Positions 47,402 through 57,363 of a DNA stretch of 64,000 nt are shown one piece after another (position 1 is the first letter of the stretch; each line of letters starts with the position of its first letter). The stretch is taken from the NCBI GenBank assembly GCA_029855935.1, contig JAGSHN010000031.1, positions 1-64,000 of the forward strand. The letters run 5' to 3'. The notes below the pieces were generated by a model. That model was not told the DNA's origin. It saw nothing but the letters and a program-made list of their open reading frames with translations, and searched no databases. The translations under genes were made by a program, and so were the position numbers. The DNA comes from Candidatus Thorarchaeota archaeon. GTDB taxonomy: Archaea; Asgardarchaeota; Thorarchaeia; Thorarchaeales; Thorarchaeaceae.

Positions 47402-47592
47402 CTGAGGAGACCAGCCAGGGCCGCCGGCTTGCAGCCATCACAGTGTTGCTGATGTCGATGATCACGCTACTCGGTGATGGTTTCCTGTTGGTGGCGATGG
47501 GGCAGTATCCTCTCCTCTTTGCGAACGTTGTCTATGTGAGCTACGTCCTGATTGCGGTCTACGTATATCTCTGGGAGAGTGATGTGGAGTGA
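47398..47592 (+). CDS. Two-TM protein
   Basis: GTGA overlaps; hydrophobic. Confidence 0.55.
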   Translation: MTEETSQGRRLAAITVLLMSMITLLGDGFLLVAMGQYPLLFANVVYVSYVLIAVYVYLWESDVE

Positions 47593-48059
47593 CGTGCCTG
47601 AGATGCGGCCGGGATGCCGTCGACTACTACGTGGACAATGGCATTCAGCGCCATGACGACTGGGCGTGCGCCATCTTGGGCATCGGAGGGGCGCCGTACT
47701 GCTGGAAGTGTCGGCATGAGTACTACTTCTCCGAGCAGCACTGCGACTACGTTGCGATCTTTGAGTTTCGTAACATCTTCGGCGCCAGGTATCGTACTGA
47801 CGTCCTCTTCTGGAAAGGCATGAGAGAGCTCGATGCTGCACTGGAGAGGATGCGTCTGGTTGGCGAGTACCTGCATCGTGCGTCTGGTCGGCAGGCACGA
47901 TACCTCGGTGTGTCTGCGGGTCAGAGAGGGGGCGTGTCATTCATTTTCGGCACGGAGAACAGTCTGGACTTTCTGCGAGAGCGGATAATGTGGGTCCGAA
48001 GAATGATGGCGGTGCCGGTTCAAGGGACGCTGGAGGAGTTTCTGGAGGTGGAGGTGTGA
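47589..48059 (+). CDS. Hypothetical protein with CxxC pairs
   Basis: CLRCG...CWKC; ends QGTLEEF (PCNA-interacting PIP-box-like). Confidence 0.6.
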   Translation: MTCLRCGRDAVDYYVDNGIQRHDDWACAILGIGGAPYCWKCRHEYYFSEQHCDYVAIFEFRNIFGARYRTDVLFWKGMRELDAALERMRLVGEYLHRASGRQARYLGVSAGQRGGVSFIFGTENSLDFLRERIMWVRRMMAVPVQGTLEEFLEVEV

Positions 48060-48649
48060 GACTTCGCGTTCTGGACCTGTTCTCGGGTCTCGGAGGTTTC
48101 TCGGAGGCGTTTCTGCGGCGGGGGCATGAGGTGTTCCGAGTGGACAACGACGTCCGTTTCGCGCAGGTCCCGTGTACTATCATAGGGGACGTGCGGGAGA
48201 TTGACATTGAGCAGTTCGTACCGATTGATGTTGTCTTGGCGAGTCCACCGTGCGAGACATTCACACGGCGTCATCTGCCCTGGCTGGATGCACGTGATGG
48301 CGAGATAGAGGAGGCAATGCTGCTTGTGGAGGCTGCAGTGATGATCATCGACGATTTGGAGCCACAGTTCTGGGTATTGGAGAATGTGCAGGGTGCCGTA
48401 CCGCACATATCCAGACTGCTGGGCCCGCCCAGACAACGTATCGGCTCGCGCTACCTGTGGGGTGTCTTCCCGCGGATACATCTCACTCCGCAGGAGGAGC
48501 GCGAGTGCTACGGAAAGTACCGCCTTCCGCCCAGCGTTCCGAACCGGGCTGCGGAGCGCGCCAGGATTCCGTATGTGCTGAGCTTGGCACTCTGCCGGGC
48601 CATGGAGGAACAACAGACACTGCTGGAGGTGCTGGAGGATGAGCGCTGA
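48056..48649 (+). CDS. Compact DNA cytosine-C5 methyltransferase
   Basis: Motif I LDLFSGLGG, motif IV SPPC, motif VI ENV. Confidence 0.85.
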   Translation: MRLRVLDLFSGLGGFSEAFLRRGHEVFRVDNDVRFAQVPCTIIGDVREIDIEQFVPIDVVLASPPCETFTRRHLPWLDARDGEIEEAMLLVEAAVMIIDDLEPQFWVLENVQGAVPHISRLLGPPRQRIGSRYLWGVFPRIHLTPQEERECYGKYRLPPSVPNRAAERARIPYVLSLALCRAMEEQQTLLEVLEDER

Positions 48650-49734
48650 GGCTGCTGAGCCGGGAGATCTGTGGGCGCTGGTACGGGAGTTGGTGGAGAA
48701 GGCAAAGGAGGAACTGAGGACTGAGAGAGAGCGACAGGAGCAGGTTCCTGAGCGAGTTCGAGCGGAAACTTGAACTGGAGGGTCTTCGGCCCAGAAGCAT
48801 CAGGAACTACATGTACTGGGCTGGCCGACTGTACCCTCTGACCCGTCCCCGTCTCGAGGAGCTGCTATTGCAAGCGAGAAGCGCAAGCACTTACAACCTC
48901 GTCTTGCAGACAGCGAGAAAGATGGTCACATTGATGGGGATCTCTGTGAGTCTGGAGGGACTGCGGTTTCGCCGCGTGGAGAATCGCGTGCGGCATCATG
49001 AGGACCTTCTGACCGTCGACGAGGTTCGTGCAGTCATCCGTGAGGCTCGGACAACGGCAGCAGCCAGTGCGATTGCAGTGTGCTGGGATGGCGCCCTCAG
49101 AGTCGGCGAGCTACTCTCATTCGAGATGCGCGACATCCGACAGGACGAGTACGGCTACGTGATCATCGTGCGCGGTAAGACCGGCGAGAGGCCTGTGCGT
49201 CTCGTCCGCAGCTGCGGACATCTCTCTGCATGGCTCAGGCATCGCGGTGAGGAACCCGGACGGGTCTTTCCATTCACAGCAGACTGGCTCCGCGGACATC
49301 TGCGTCGTGCTGCCCGTAGGGCCGGCATAAGGAAGAGAGTCTACCCGCATCTACTGAGACATTCAAGACTGACAGAACTGGCCAAGAGCCTGCCTCGACA
49401 GGCACTTGTGGCATTTGCGGGTTGGAACGCCGAGACGGATATGGACAGTGTGTACGTTCATCTCAGCCAGCAGGATGTGGACTCGGCCGTGTTGCGGGCG
49501 GCTGGTGTTCCGGTGGGCAGTAGCGAGTCCTCTGTGCAGCGTTGCCCGCGCTGTCATCTTCTCACGGACGGCGGAGACTTTTGCAGCAATTGTGGGGCGG
49601 TGCTGCAGGTCACTGCTGATGATCTACAGAGGCTGACTCTTGAGCAGATGATGTTCCGGGCGTTGCAGATGCCTGAGGTCCAGCGCGCGATGATTGATGC
49701 ATTCAAGCGCATTATAGATGAACAGAAGGAGTAG
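48639..49734 (+). CDS. Tyrosine recombinase/integrase with C-terminal zinc ribbon; 5' end split by a frameshift or initiating at CTG 48721
   Basis: GALRVGE (R), GKTG (K), HLLRH (HxxR), GW, catalytic Y in VYVH, CPRC..CSNC. The frame is open back to 48718; an upstream 44-aa ORF starts at 48639. Confidence 0.85.
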
Positions 49735-49735
49735 T

Positions 49736-49747
49736 TAGAAAGGTGTT
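49736..49747 (+). repeat. Putative attR core (TAGAAAGGTGTT)
   Basis: 1 bp after the integrase stop; matches 29139-29150 at 11/12. Confidence 0.55.
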
Positions 49748-49814
49748 ATGTGACATAGTAAGACCAAGGGTCAGGTACCTTTATGAGAGCCGTCACGGCA
49801 GCCACACGGGAGCG

Positions 49815-50906
49815 ATGCTGATGAAGCCCTTCTTTGTGATAGGCACACGGCCCGAGATAATCAAGACGGCCCCGGTCATCAAGGAGTTTGAGGAAAACAG
49901 GGGCATTCCTTGCTACGTGCTTCACACTGGACAGCACTACTCAAACACGATGAGCAGGACTTTCTTCGCGGACATGGACCTGAGAGAGCCCGACGAGAAC
50001 CTTCACATCGGCTCGGGGACGCACTCCGAGCAGACTGCCAAGGCGCTCATTGGAATCGAGAAGTCGCTGATGCGTGAGAGACCCAACGTGGTGCTCGTTC
50101 AGGGGGATACGAATGCCGTCTTGTCAGCAGCCCTTGCGGCAGTCAAGCTCCATATCCCGGTGGCTCATATCGAGGCCGGACTCAGGAGCTACGACCAGAG
50201 AATGCCAGAGGAACACAACCGTCGCCTCACAGACCACGCCTCGAAATATCTCTTTGCGCCCACGAAGCGCGCCGCCCAGATTCTCAGGCAGGAGAACGTC
50301 TGGGGCAAGATCTATGTGACAGGCAACACTGTCATTGACGCACTCGAGATGCGACTGCCCGCCGCACTCAATACACCTCTGCCTGCAGTGGCGTCGTCGC
50401 TGGACAACTTTGCGCTATTGACGCTGCATAGAGCTGAGAATGTTGACGACCCCAAGATACTGAGAGGACTCATCGACGGGCTGAACAGACTGGGCGACCA
50501 CATCATATTTCCCGCACATCCGCGAACCATTGCAAGACTGAACGAGTTCGGGTTGATGGACCACCTCAAGAGCGCGAATGCGATTCATCTCATCGAGCCT
50601 GTCGGCTATCTGACATTTCTCCATCTGATGGTGGCGTGTAGATACGTTCTCACCGACTCCGGGGGCATTCAAGAGGAAGTGACAGCCCCATCAATCAACA
50701 AGCGTGTCTTTGTGTTGAGGACATCCACTGAGAGGCCAGAGGCCATTGAGTCGGGTCATGCTGTGGTCGTGGGTGTCAATCCGGATGTCTTTCCCGAACT
50801 CGTCATCAAGGGCAGAGACGAGGGGCTGGACGCTGAGAGGCCCTGCCCGTACGGTGATGGTACTGCCTCAAAGAAGATTGTCGACATCCTGTTGGTTGAA
50901 AACTAG
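49815..50906 (+). CDS. wecB: UDP-N-acetylglucosamine 2-epimerase (non-hydrolysing)
   Basis: GTRPEIIK, HTGQHY, QGDT, HIEAGLRS, TDSGGIQEE, TERPE, YGDG. Confidence 0.95.
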   Translation: MLMKPFFVIGTRPEIIKTAPVIKEFEENRGIPCYVLHTGQHYSNTMSRTFFADMDLREPDENLHIGSGTHSEQTAKALIGIEKSLMRERPNVVLVQGDTNAVLSAALAAVKLHIPVAHIEAGLRSYDQRMPEEHNRRLTDHASKYLFAPTKRAAQILRQENVWGKIYVTGNTVIDALEMRLPAALNTPLPAVASSLDNFALLTLHRAENVDDPKILRGLIDGLNRLGDHIIFPAHPRTIARLNEFGLMDHLKSANAIHLIEPVGYLTFLHLMVACRYVLTDSGGIQEEVTAPSINKRVFVLRTSTERPEAIESGHAVVVGVNPDVFPELVIKGRDEGLDAERPCPYGDGTASKKIVDILLVEN

Positions 50907-51022
50907 CCTCCGAGGAGGCGAAAAACGGCCCCAAACAGGCCATTTTCGATGGAAATCCAAACAATGCTTATATGTGGGCCCTGCAAAATCGTTAATACAA
51001 CTTTTATAGAAAGGGGAAAGAA

Positions 51023-51193
51023 ATGAGCTACATAGTCAAGAGCAAGATACAGGAGTTCGCGAAGAAGAAGGGCCTAATGGTTGGAAGCGACTTCTATGGT
51101 GCACTCGACAAGGCGGTCGAGGGGCTTCTGAAGGATGCAGCAAAGCGTTGCACCGAGAACAAGAGGAAGACACTCAAGGCGTACGACTTGTAG
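51023..51193 (+). CDS. Short histone-fold protein (56 aa, truncated alpha3 type)
   Basis: MSYIVKSKIQEFAKKKGLMVGSDFYGALDKAVEGLLKDAAKRCTENKRKTLKAYDL with an RxTxxxxD motif; own TATA and terminator; below the ORF-track cutoff. Confidence 0.85.
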   Translation: MSYIVKSKIQEFAKKKGLMVGSDFYGALDKAVEGLLKDAAKRCTENKRKTLKAYDL

Positions 51194-51212
51194 TCAGGTG
51201 CTTGGTGGACTC

Positions 51213-51252
51213 GGAAGGCGTTACATCACGCCTTCCCCTCCCTTCTTTTTCC
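51213..51252 (+). terminator. Hairpin plus pyrimidine/T-tract after the histone gene
   Basis: GGAAGGCGT-tacatc-ACGCCTTCC then CCTCCTTCTTTTTCC. Confidence 0.65.
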
Positions 51253-51314
51253 TATCGCATGGCTTATGAGCGTGCATGCCGCTCTGAGGCTGTCCTCAGA
51301 GAGGCGGACACAAT

Positions 51315-52091
51315 ATGTACAACGTAGTACTGACCAATGATGACGGCCCGCATAGTGAGGGGCTACTCACGCTCGCCGATGCTCTCTCCAATCTAGTCGA
51401 CCTGACCGTGATAGTACCGGACGGACAGCGAAGCGCAACGGGGAAGGCTCTCACACTGAACAGGCCTCTCAGGGCGGTCACGCTGCAGCGTGACAGATAC
51501 AGACTCATCACGCACGATGGCACTCCAGCTGACTCTGTAGTCCTTGCCAGATTCTTCGTGGGCAGAATTGACCTTCTGATCTCCGGCATAAATGCGGGGG
51601 CCAACGTGGGCTACCAGAGTATGCTCACAAGCGGGACCGTGGGGGCCGCGCTCGAAGCCGCACTGAACGGCTATGCTGCCATTGCCGCCTCTGTAGAGGC
51701 CTCGCCCTCCGAGTGGTTCAATCATCAGGGGAGCGAGAGGGACTACGCACTCCCCTGCAGAGTGGTCACGGACATAGCAATGAGAGTACTAGAGAGGGGG
51801 ATGCCACCAGACACCGATGTCATCAACATCAACTTCCCCTGCGTCGTCACCGAGCACACCGAAATAGTGGTCACCCGGCCGACCAGAGTCCGGATGCGTA
51901 ATGAGGTCGTCGAACGGAAAGACCCGCACGACAGAACCTACTACTGGCTGAAAGGAATCGAGACAGAGCCAGCGCCGGGGACCGACGCCTACGTTGTGCT
52001 CAAACAACAGGGCATCTCGGTCACGCCGATACGGATAGGTGGCGCAACCGAAGAGTCGCTCTCAACGCTCAGGGAGTTTCTTGGCCTGTGA
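51315..52091 (+). CDS. surE: 5'/3'-nucleotidase SurE
   Basis: LTNDDG, GTPADSV, SGINAGAN, SGTVGAA. Confidence 0.93.
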   Translation: MYNVVLTNDDGPHSEGLLTLADALSNLVDLTVIVPDGQRSATGKALTLNRPLRAVTLQRDRYRLITHDGTPADSVVLARFFVGRIDLLISGINAGANVGYQSMLTSGTVGAALEAALNGYAAIAASVEASPSEWFNHQGSERDYALPCRVVTDIAMRVLERGMPPDTDVININFPCVVTEHTEIVVTRPTRVRMRNEVVERKDPHDRTYYWLKGIETEPAPGTDAYVVLKQQGISVTPIRIGGATEESLSTLREFLGL

Positions 52092-53088
52092 CCTTTGCAA
52101 GGGCATCCCAGAGGGCATCGGTCTCGGGCCGTGGCAGCGGTTCCTGCCGACCATCGCGGGAGATCAGTCGTTCCGCAGGGTCGGCCACAAACTCCCCAAT
52201 GACGGTGGCCTCGACGCCTGCAGACTGCAGGGCTCCCGTGACACTTGCGCTGTGACCACGCTTGACAGCAATCAGCATACATCCACTGCTGATCAGACAC
52301 AGGACATCAATTCCGAGCACCTCGCAGATCCTGCGCGTGGCCTGATGTATTGGTATGCTCTCACCCCTAATCCTGACCCCAATATTGCTGGCGTCACAGA
52401 TCTCGTGGACCCCTCCAGCAAGCCCACCCTCAGTGGGATCGTGCATGGCGGTGACGTGACCAGTGGAGAAGGCAACCACACCATCCGTGACAACGCTTGT
52501 TGACATCCTCAGAGCCCGTGCCGCGGCAAGAAGGTCTTCACTCAGGAACTGCCCCAGGTAGGTATGTCCCTCAGTGGCAAGGATGGCTGTCCCCTCAAGG
52601 GCGATGCTCTTGGTCAGCACGAGCTCATCACCAGGTCTTGCGCCCGAGGAGGTCACGTATTGGCCGTTCTTGGCTAGGCCGACCATAGACCCTACCGCGA
52701 TGGGACGGTCAATTCCCTCCGTCACCTCAGTATGCCCCCCAATGACGGCGATGTCGAGTTCTCTCGCCGCAGCGTCAACCTGGGCCATCACTCGCTCGAC
52801 ATCCTCTGGTGAACTGCCGTCAGGCATTATGAGAGACAGGAGGAACCAGCGGGGTGCCACCCCAAAGGTCGCGATGTCATTGGCGTTCACATTGACGACG
52901 AGCCATCCGAGGTCCTCGATTGAGCCTGTTATCGGATCAGTCGCCATGATGAGGGCGTCCTCGCCGACGCGGACGACAGCAGCATCCTGTCCGAGCGCGG
53001 GGCCGAGCAGAACTGCAGAATCGGAGCAGCCAAGAAAGCGGAACACGTTGTCTCTCAGAACCTGTGGTGGTACCTTTCCGGGCCTCAT
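52069..53088 (-). CDS. AIR-synthase (PurM/HypE-like) family protein
   Basis: GQDAAV, DPITG, VNANDIA, GGHTEVT, MHDPTEGG. Confidence 0.85.
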   Translation of the reverse strand: MRPGKVPPQVLRDNVFRFLGCSDSAVLLGPALGQDAAVVRVGEDALIMATDPITGSIEDLGWLVVNVNANDIATFGVAPRWFLLSLIMPDGSSPEDVERVMAQVDAAARELDIAVIGGHTEVTEGIDRPIAVGSMVGLAKNGQYVTSSGARPGDELVLTKSIALEGTAILATEGHTYLGQFLSEDLLAAARALRMSTSVVTDGVVAFSTGHVTAMHDPTEGGLAGGVHEICDASNIGVRIRGESIPIHQATRRICEVLGIDVLCLISSGCMLIAVKRGHSASVTGALQSAGVEATVIGEFVADPAERLISRDGRQEPLPRPETDALWDALAKVTGQETP

Positions 53089-53114
53089 GGTGCCTACACC
53101 GTCAATCAGGAATC

Positions 53115-53235
53115 GGGCGCTGGTGCGCACAAGTCCTGTGCCGTGGCGTATGAAAAGTGGGTTCATCGAACCCCTATACGGGGATCTCCTCACTCACTAT
53201 GGGCACCAGGCAGGTGTCGGACTTGTGCGCGCCCC
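53115..53235. ncRNA. Candidate structured non-coding element
   Basis: Perfect 12-bp terminal stem GCGCACAAGTCC/GGACTTGTGCGC with nested stems. Confidence 0.35.
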
Positions 53236-53279
53236 AGAATCAATGCCCTCCGCTAATAACACCATCGAGTAGTGCATCT

Positions 53280-54743
53280 TCATCGCAGGTATGCCTCAGG
53301 GCTCTCAAGCGCCTCGGCCTCGAGTCGACTCCTCGACTGGCACGCGGCTATGAATAGCCCCAGGACCGATGGCTCATCAAGGACCTCTCTGAGTAGAAAC
53401 GCACGGCCGCCGGAGAGATGCGCGAGAAGGAACGCACCAAAGGACTCCCGGAATGAAGGTACGGCCAGAATTGTCTCTACGACACTGTGGTAACCGTCCT
53501 TATTCATCCTGAGCGTGGCCGCCAGCTCCAGCGCCTCATGGTATGGATGCTTGAGAAGACGGACCCAGTTCTGCTGGTCCGCCCGCAGGTTGACAGCGAC
53601 CAGGCGTACCTTGTGCCGCCTTGCCGTTCGTGCAGCGAGCACAAGGTCACGTACTGGAGTGTACTTTGCGCTACCGGGCTTCGCTGTCTGAGCAAGAGGG
53701 ATGTTGGGGGAGAAGTCAGATATGACAACGATGAGAGGCTCGATGCTGCTGTCACGCATTCGCTCTCTGCGAATGGTCTCAAGGGCCTTCATCACACCAT
53801 CTGCGAGTGGGGTCAGGCCGGACATCCTGAGCCTTGCGAGAGCGCGATAGATCTTGTTCCAGTTGCTCGTCGGCGCCTGTACCTCGATTGCGCCGCTATC
53901 CTTGAACGCAATAATTCCCACTCTGTCACGGGAGCCTCGGGTCTCACGTTCAATTCGTTCGACAATCTTGCGAATGTCACGCGCATAGCCCCGCATAGAC
54001 AGACTGACGTCAATGACTAGAATGACTGTGAGTGGGGTACGTGCGGCGAAAACCTTCTCCCGGATGTCCTCGGCCTTGATTCTGATGGGAAGTCCTGAAC
54101 GCTCTGCGCCTTGTCGGGTCACTGCGGCAAGTACCGTCGCCACAATGTCTATGCTCTGAACCTCAGCATCGGGTTCTCGTGACCTCACGGGACGCCCGTG
54201 CTGGGTGGACTCTGATGCCTTCAGCGAGCCTGTTCCACGGGAGGCCACGCGCTTTCTGATCCAGCCTCCGGAGGAAACGCGGGAACGTATGCTGGCTCGC
54301 GCCATCAAGTCCTTCGGGTCAAATATCGGCTGCCCGGAGTCGAGGTCCGGGGTCCTGACAAAGAACTCGGGCTCGAGTAGAGGACTCTCCCTGATGTCCG
54401 ACTTGGTCCCTGCGACCTTAGAATGACGGAACTCGCTGTAGGGACGCGTTGCAGTCCCCACCTCGTCGCCCTCCTCTGCCTCCGCTGGACCGGGCTCCAC
54501 AACATCGATTCCAGCAGCAGGACCACTCTTTCTTCGGAGCATAGTCCTCAGCCAGTACCTGACGAACAGATAGATGGATGGAACTGCTATGACTGTGTCA
54601 ACTATGATGAGGGGGATCGATGGGATGACGCCGGGAGGATAGCCAGCAAGGATGTTCAATGGACTGAACAGCAGTGTCATCAGATACATGCTGGCCGATA
54701 CCATCAAGATGGCCAGAATAGTCCCCCGGATAGGATGCCCCAC
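53280..54743 (-). CDS. ChlD-like von Willebrand A domain protein with two N-terminal TM helices (probably the -1 frameshift extension of the upstream AAA+ gene)
   Basis: [23 protein letters not shown]; the frame is open up to the A9 tract. Confidence 0.8.
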   Translation of the reverse strand: MGHPIRGTILAILMVSASMYLMTLLFSPLNILAGYPPGVIPSIPLIIVDTVIAVPSIYLFVRYWLRTMLRRKSGPAAGIDVVEPGPAEAEEGDEVGTATRPYSEFRHSKVAGTKSDIRESPLLEPEFFVRTPDLDSGQPIFDPKDLMARASIRSRVSSGGWIRKRVASRGTGSLKASESTQHGRPVRSREPDAEVQSIDIVATVLAAVTRQGAERSGLPIRIKAEDIREKVFAARTPLTVILVIDVSLSMRGYARDIRKIVERIERETRGSRDRVGIIAFKDSGAIEVQAPTSNWNKIYRALARLRMSGLTPLADGVMKALETIRRERMRDSSIEPLIVVISDFSPNIPLAQTAKPGSAKYTPVRDLVLAARTARRHKVRLVAVNLRADQQNWVRLLKHPYHEALELAATLRMNKDGYHSVVETILAVPSFRESFGAFLLAHLSGGRAFLLREVLDEPSVLGLFIAACQSRSRLEAEALESPEAYLR

Positions 54744-55942
54744 CGGGTTTCGAATCTTAGACGCAGTTTTTTTTTACCACCCTCGGACGCCGACTCTGCG
54801 TAGCTCTTTCCGCGACCAAATCTCCCGCCGCTAAACCTCCGTCCAGTCGACTCACCAGAGGACGGCACCTCAGTGGGCGAGTGTCTGTGTTCCTTCTTTC
54901 TGGCAAGGTCCATCGCGCGTACAATGGCCTCATCGATGTCCTGCGGAGCAGGCGGCTCCAAGAGCCCTCCACGCCGTGTCCTATGACTCAGTGCGAGCTG
55001 CGCAGCAAGCCGGATGTCATCGAGATTGACCTCAGTGCGACCCTGAAATGCCGCGTGCGTGATGGCGGTCTTGCTGATGATTATGTCTGGTCGGACGCCA
55101 TCCACCTCAAGAGCGTCGCACGCCATCGCAACCGCTCGCAGAGTAGCGTTCGACATCACGACACTGGAGAGGGACTCCCTCGCTCTCATGATCCGCTCGC
55201 GCAGCGACTCCTCGGCCTCAGCCCAGTTCTGATGAAAGTCCTGCGGGGAGCGCTCAAAGTCTAGGTTGCGGCGTACAAGCTCCATCCTCTGTTCGATTGT
55301 GAGCCCTCTGCCAACGGCCACATGCAAAGGGAATCTGTCGAGCAACTGAGGTCTGAGCTCACCCTCCTCGGGGTTCATTGTCCCAATGAGGATGAAGTCC
55401 GATGGGTGGGATATGGAAATTCCCTCGCGTTCAATCACATTGACCTTGGTGGCCGCAGCATCGAGCAGGTCGTCAACCAGATGGTCGGGCAAGAGATTGA
55501 CCTCATCGACATAGAGTACGTTCTGATTCGCCTCGGCCAGTATTCCAGGTCGCAGGGCCTGTATCCCCTCCTGCAGAACACGTTCTATGTCAATCGAGCC
55601 GATGAGCCGATCCTCCGTTGCGGATAGGGGCAGGTTCACCACACGCATCTTTCTCTTCGTTCTAGGAAGACTGCCCTCCTGCTCAAGACGCTCACGACAC
55701 TCGGCGCACAGGGCCTCGGGGAAGTTCGGATTACAGCTGAAGCGGCACCCCTCCACAACCTCGACCTCAGGGAGGAGATCGGCAAAGGCCCGCACGATGG
55801 TCGTCTTTCCTGTCCCCTTCGGACCGGAGACCAGAACGCCGCCAATTCTCGGATTGATACCATTCAGAATCAGTGCCAGCTTGAGCTGGTCTAGGTCAAC
55901 GATGGCTGTAAATGGGAGGTAGAGGCGTGCACCACGCTGCAA
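54704..55942 (-). CDS. ChlI/BchI-like AAA+ chelatase ATPase (start approximate)
   Basis: [48 protein letters not shown]. Confidence 0.9.
   Translation of the reverse strand: MQRGARLYLPFTAIVDLDQLKLALILNGINPRIGGVLVSGPKGTGKTTIVRAFADLLPEVEVVEGCRFSCNPNFPEALCAECRERLEQEGSLPRTKRKMRVVNLPLSATEDRLIGSIDIERVLQEGIQALRPGILAEANQNVLYVDEVNLLPDHLVDDLLDAAATKVNVIEREGISISHPSDFILIGTMNPEEGELRPQLLDRFPLHVAVGRGLTIEQRMELVRRNLDFERSPQDFHQNWAEAEESLRERIMRARESLSSVVMSNATLRAVAMACDALEVDGVRPDIIISKTAITHAAFQGRTEVNLDDIRLAAQLALSHRTRRGGLLEPPAPQDIDEAIVRAMDLARKKEHRHSPTEVPSSGESTGRRFSGGRFGRGKSYAESASEGGKKKLRLRFETRWGILSGGLFWPS
54767..54775 (-). other. A9 slippery site (putative programmed -1 frameshift)
   Basis: GGT AAA AAA AAA CTG; the -1 frame opens immediately after TAA at the tract start and continues into the VWA ORF. 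Confidence 0.7.
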
Positions 55943-56066
55943 GACAACTGCCCCTTGGTCTTTGACAGATGGTGCGGTGGAAGCTTCTTGTAATAAATCA
56001 GTCGAATCACGTGCTCGCTGGCCGAACCAGTGCAATACAAATAGAGGGGAAGGAACGGGTGTAGCG

Positions 56067-57230
56067 GTGTTTCAGGATTTGTTCTCGGCGCTCCATCATC
56101 TCAAGTGTCCAAACTGTGGCAAGGAGTACTCGGCCGACACGGTTGTAGGTACTTGTGACTGCGGCTCGCCCCTGTTTGTCATATACCATATGCGTGTTGT
56201 AGAGGAGGCCATGCGGGTCGATCTCTTCCCCACAGGGGTGAACTCGCTATGGCGATACTCGATGCTGCTACCACTGAGGTCACCACAGTATGTGATCACT
56301 CTGGGCGAGGGTTGGACTCCACTCATTCAGGCACCGCGTCTGTCGGAGCACTACGGACTGAGGATGCTGCGAGTCAAGTGCGAGAGCCAGAACCCCACCG
56401 GCTCGTTCAAGGATCGCGGACTCAGTGTGACGGTCTCAAGACACGTAGAACTCGGCTGTGACAAGTTCGCCCTCCCGACAGCCGGCAATGCTGGGGTCGC
56501 ACTGAGCGCGTACTGCGCGCGGGCGGGCGTGAGATGCAGAGTCTATATGCCAGAGGACACTCCGGACAGGTTTGTCAAGGAGTGCGAGAGATACGGGGCA
56601 GAGGTATTCAGAGTCGAGGGGACAATCAGCGAGTGCAGAGCAGCAATGATAGCGGAGTCGCCGGACTTTGTCGACCTGTCGACGACAAGAGAACCGTATC
56701 GCGTCGAGGGCAAGAAGACAATCGGCTTCGAGATAGCTGAGCAACTGGAGTGGAATATGCCCGATGTCATAGTCTGTCCGACAGGCGGCGGTACTGCGCT
56801 CCTCGGGATCTGGAAGGCCATAGGCGAGCTCCGCGCGCTCGGCCTGATGGACAAGCACGATGGTCCTCGTCTTGTTGCTGCTCAGAGCGAGCACTGCGCC
56901 CCTGTCGTCAGAGCAGTGGAGAGAGGTGACTCGCAGGTGGAAACCTGGGAGGGGCCCGAGACCGCAGCGTTGGGCCTCAGGGTCCCCAGTCCCTTTGCGA
57001 AGAAGCTGATTCCCAAGGCGATACGTCAGACAAAGGGCACCGCAGTGGCGGTCGCAGAGAACGACATGTGGGAGGCACAGAGACTCGCTGCAAAGCTCGA
57101 AGGGTTGGACATCGGACCTGAGGCCGCCGTCGGCCTCGCGGGAATAGGTAACCTTGTTGAGGCCGGCGAGATAGATCCAGACGAAGAAGTGGTGCTGCTC
57201 AACACCGGAGGGTCTGCAAGGTATGGGTAG
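56067..57230 (+). CDS. thrC: Threonine synthase
   Basis: [38 protein letters not shown]. Confidence 0.88.
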   Translation: MFQDLFSALHHLKCPNCGKEYSADTVVGTCDCGSPLFVIYHMRVVEEAMRVDLFPTGVNSLWRYSMLLPLRSPQYVITLGEGWTPLIQAPRLSEHYGLRMLRVKCESQNPTGSFKDRGLSVTVSRHVELGCDKFALPTAGNAGVALSAYCARAGVRCRVYMPEDTPDRFVKECERYGAEVFRVEGTISECRAAMIAESPDFVDLSTTREPYRVEGKKTIGFEIAEQLEWNMPDVIVCPTGGGTALLGIWKAIGELRALGLMDKHDGPRLVAAQSEHCAPVVRAVERGDSQVETWEGPETAALGLRVPSPFAKKLIPKAIRQTKGTAVAVAENDMWEAQRLAAKLEGLDIGPEAAVGLAGIGNLVEAGEIDPDEEVVLLNTGGSARYG

Positions 57231-57363
57231 AACGGGCCGTTGTAGCTCGTTCCGCAGATGTGGTCGGCCAACGAGGTATGTCCAAGACGCACTTGAGAGA
57301 GAGGAAGACGAGGGGGAGGAGAGAGACGATAGTCCTGCTCCAGACGTATTGTCTTCGTGCTCC

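Larger units (their letters stand above)
29139..49747. mobile_element. Integrated virus-like element (provirus), ~20.6 kb
   Basis: Terminal tyrosine integrase, SF3 helicase, C5 MTase, divergent repressor switch, many overlapping small ORFs, a membrane structural operon, and a direct repeat at both ends. Confidence 0.88.

Noticed and set aside
53140-53212. 5S rRNA or tRNA resemblance on the - strand (TGCCTGGTGCCCATAG..., GGTTCGA)
   Set aside because: Only short motifs match; the remaining 5S loops and the tRNA cloverleaf cannot be formed.
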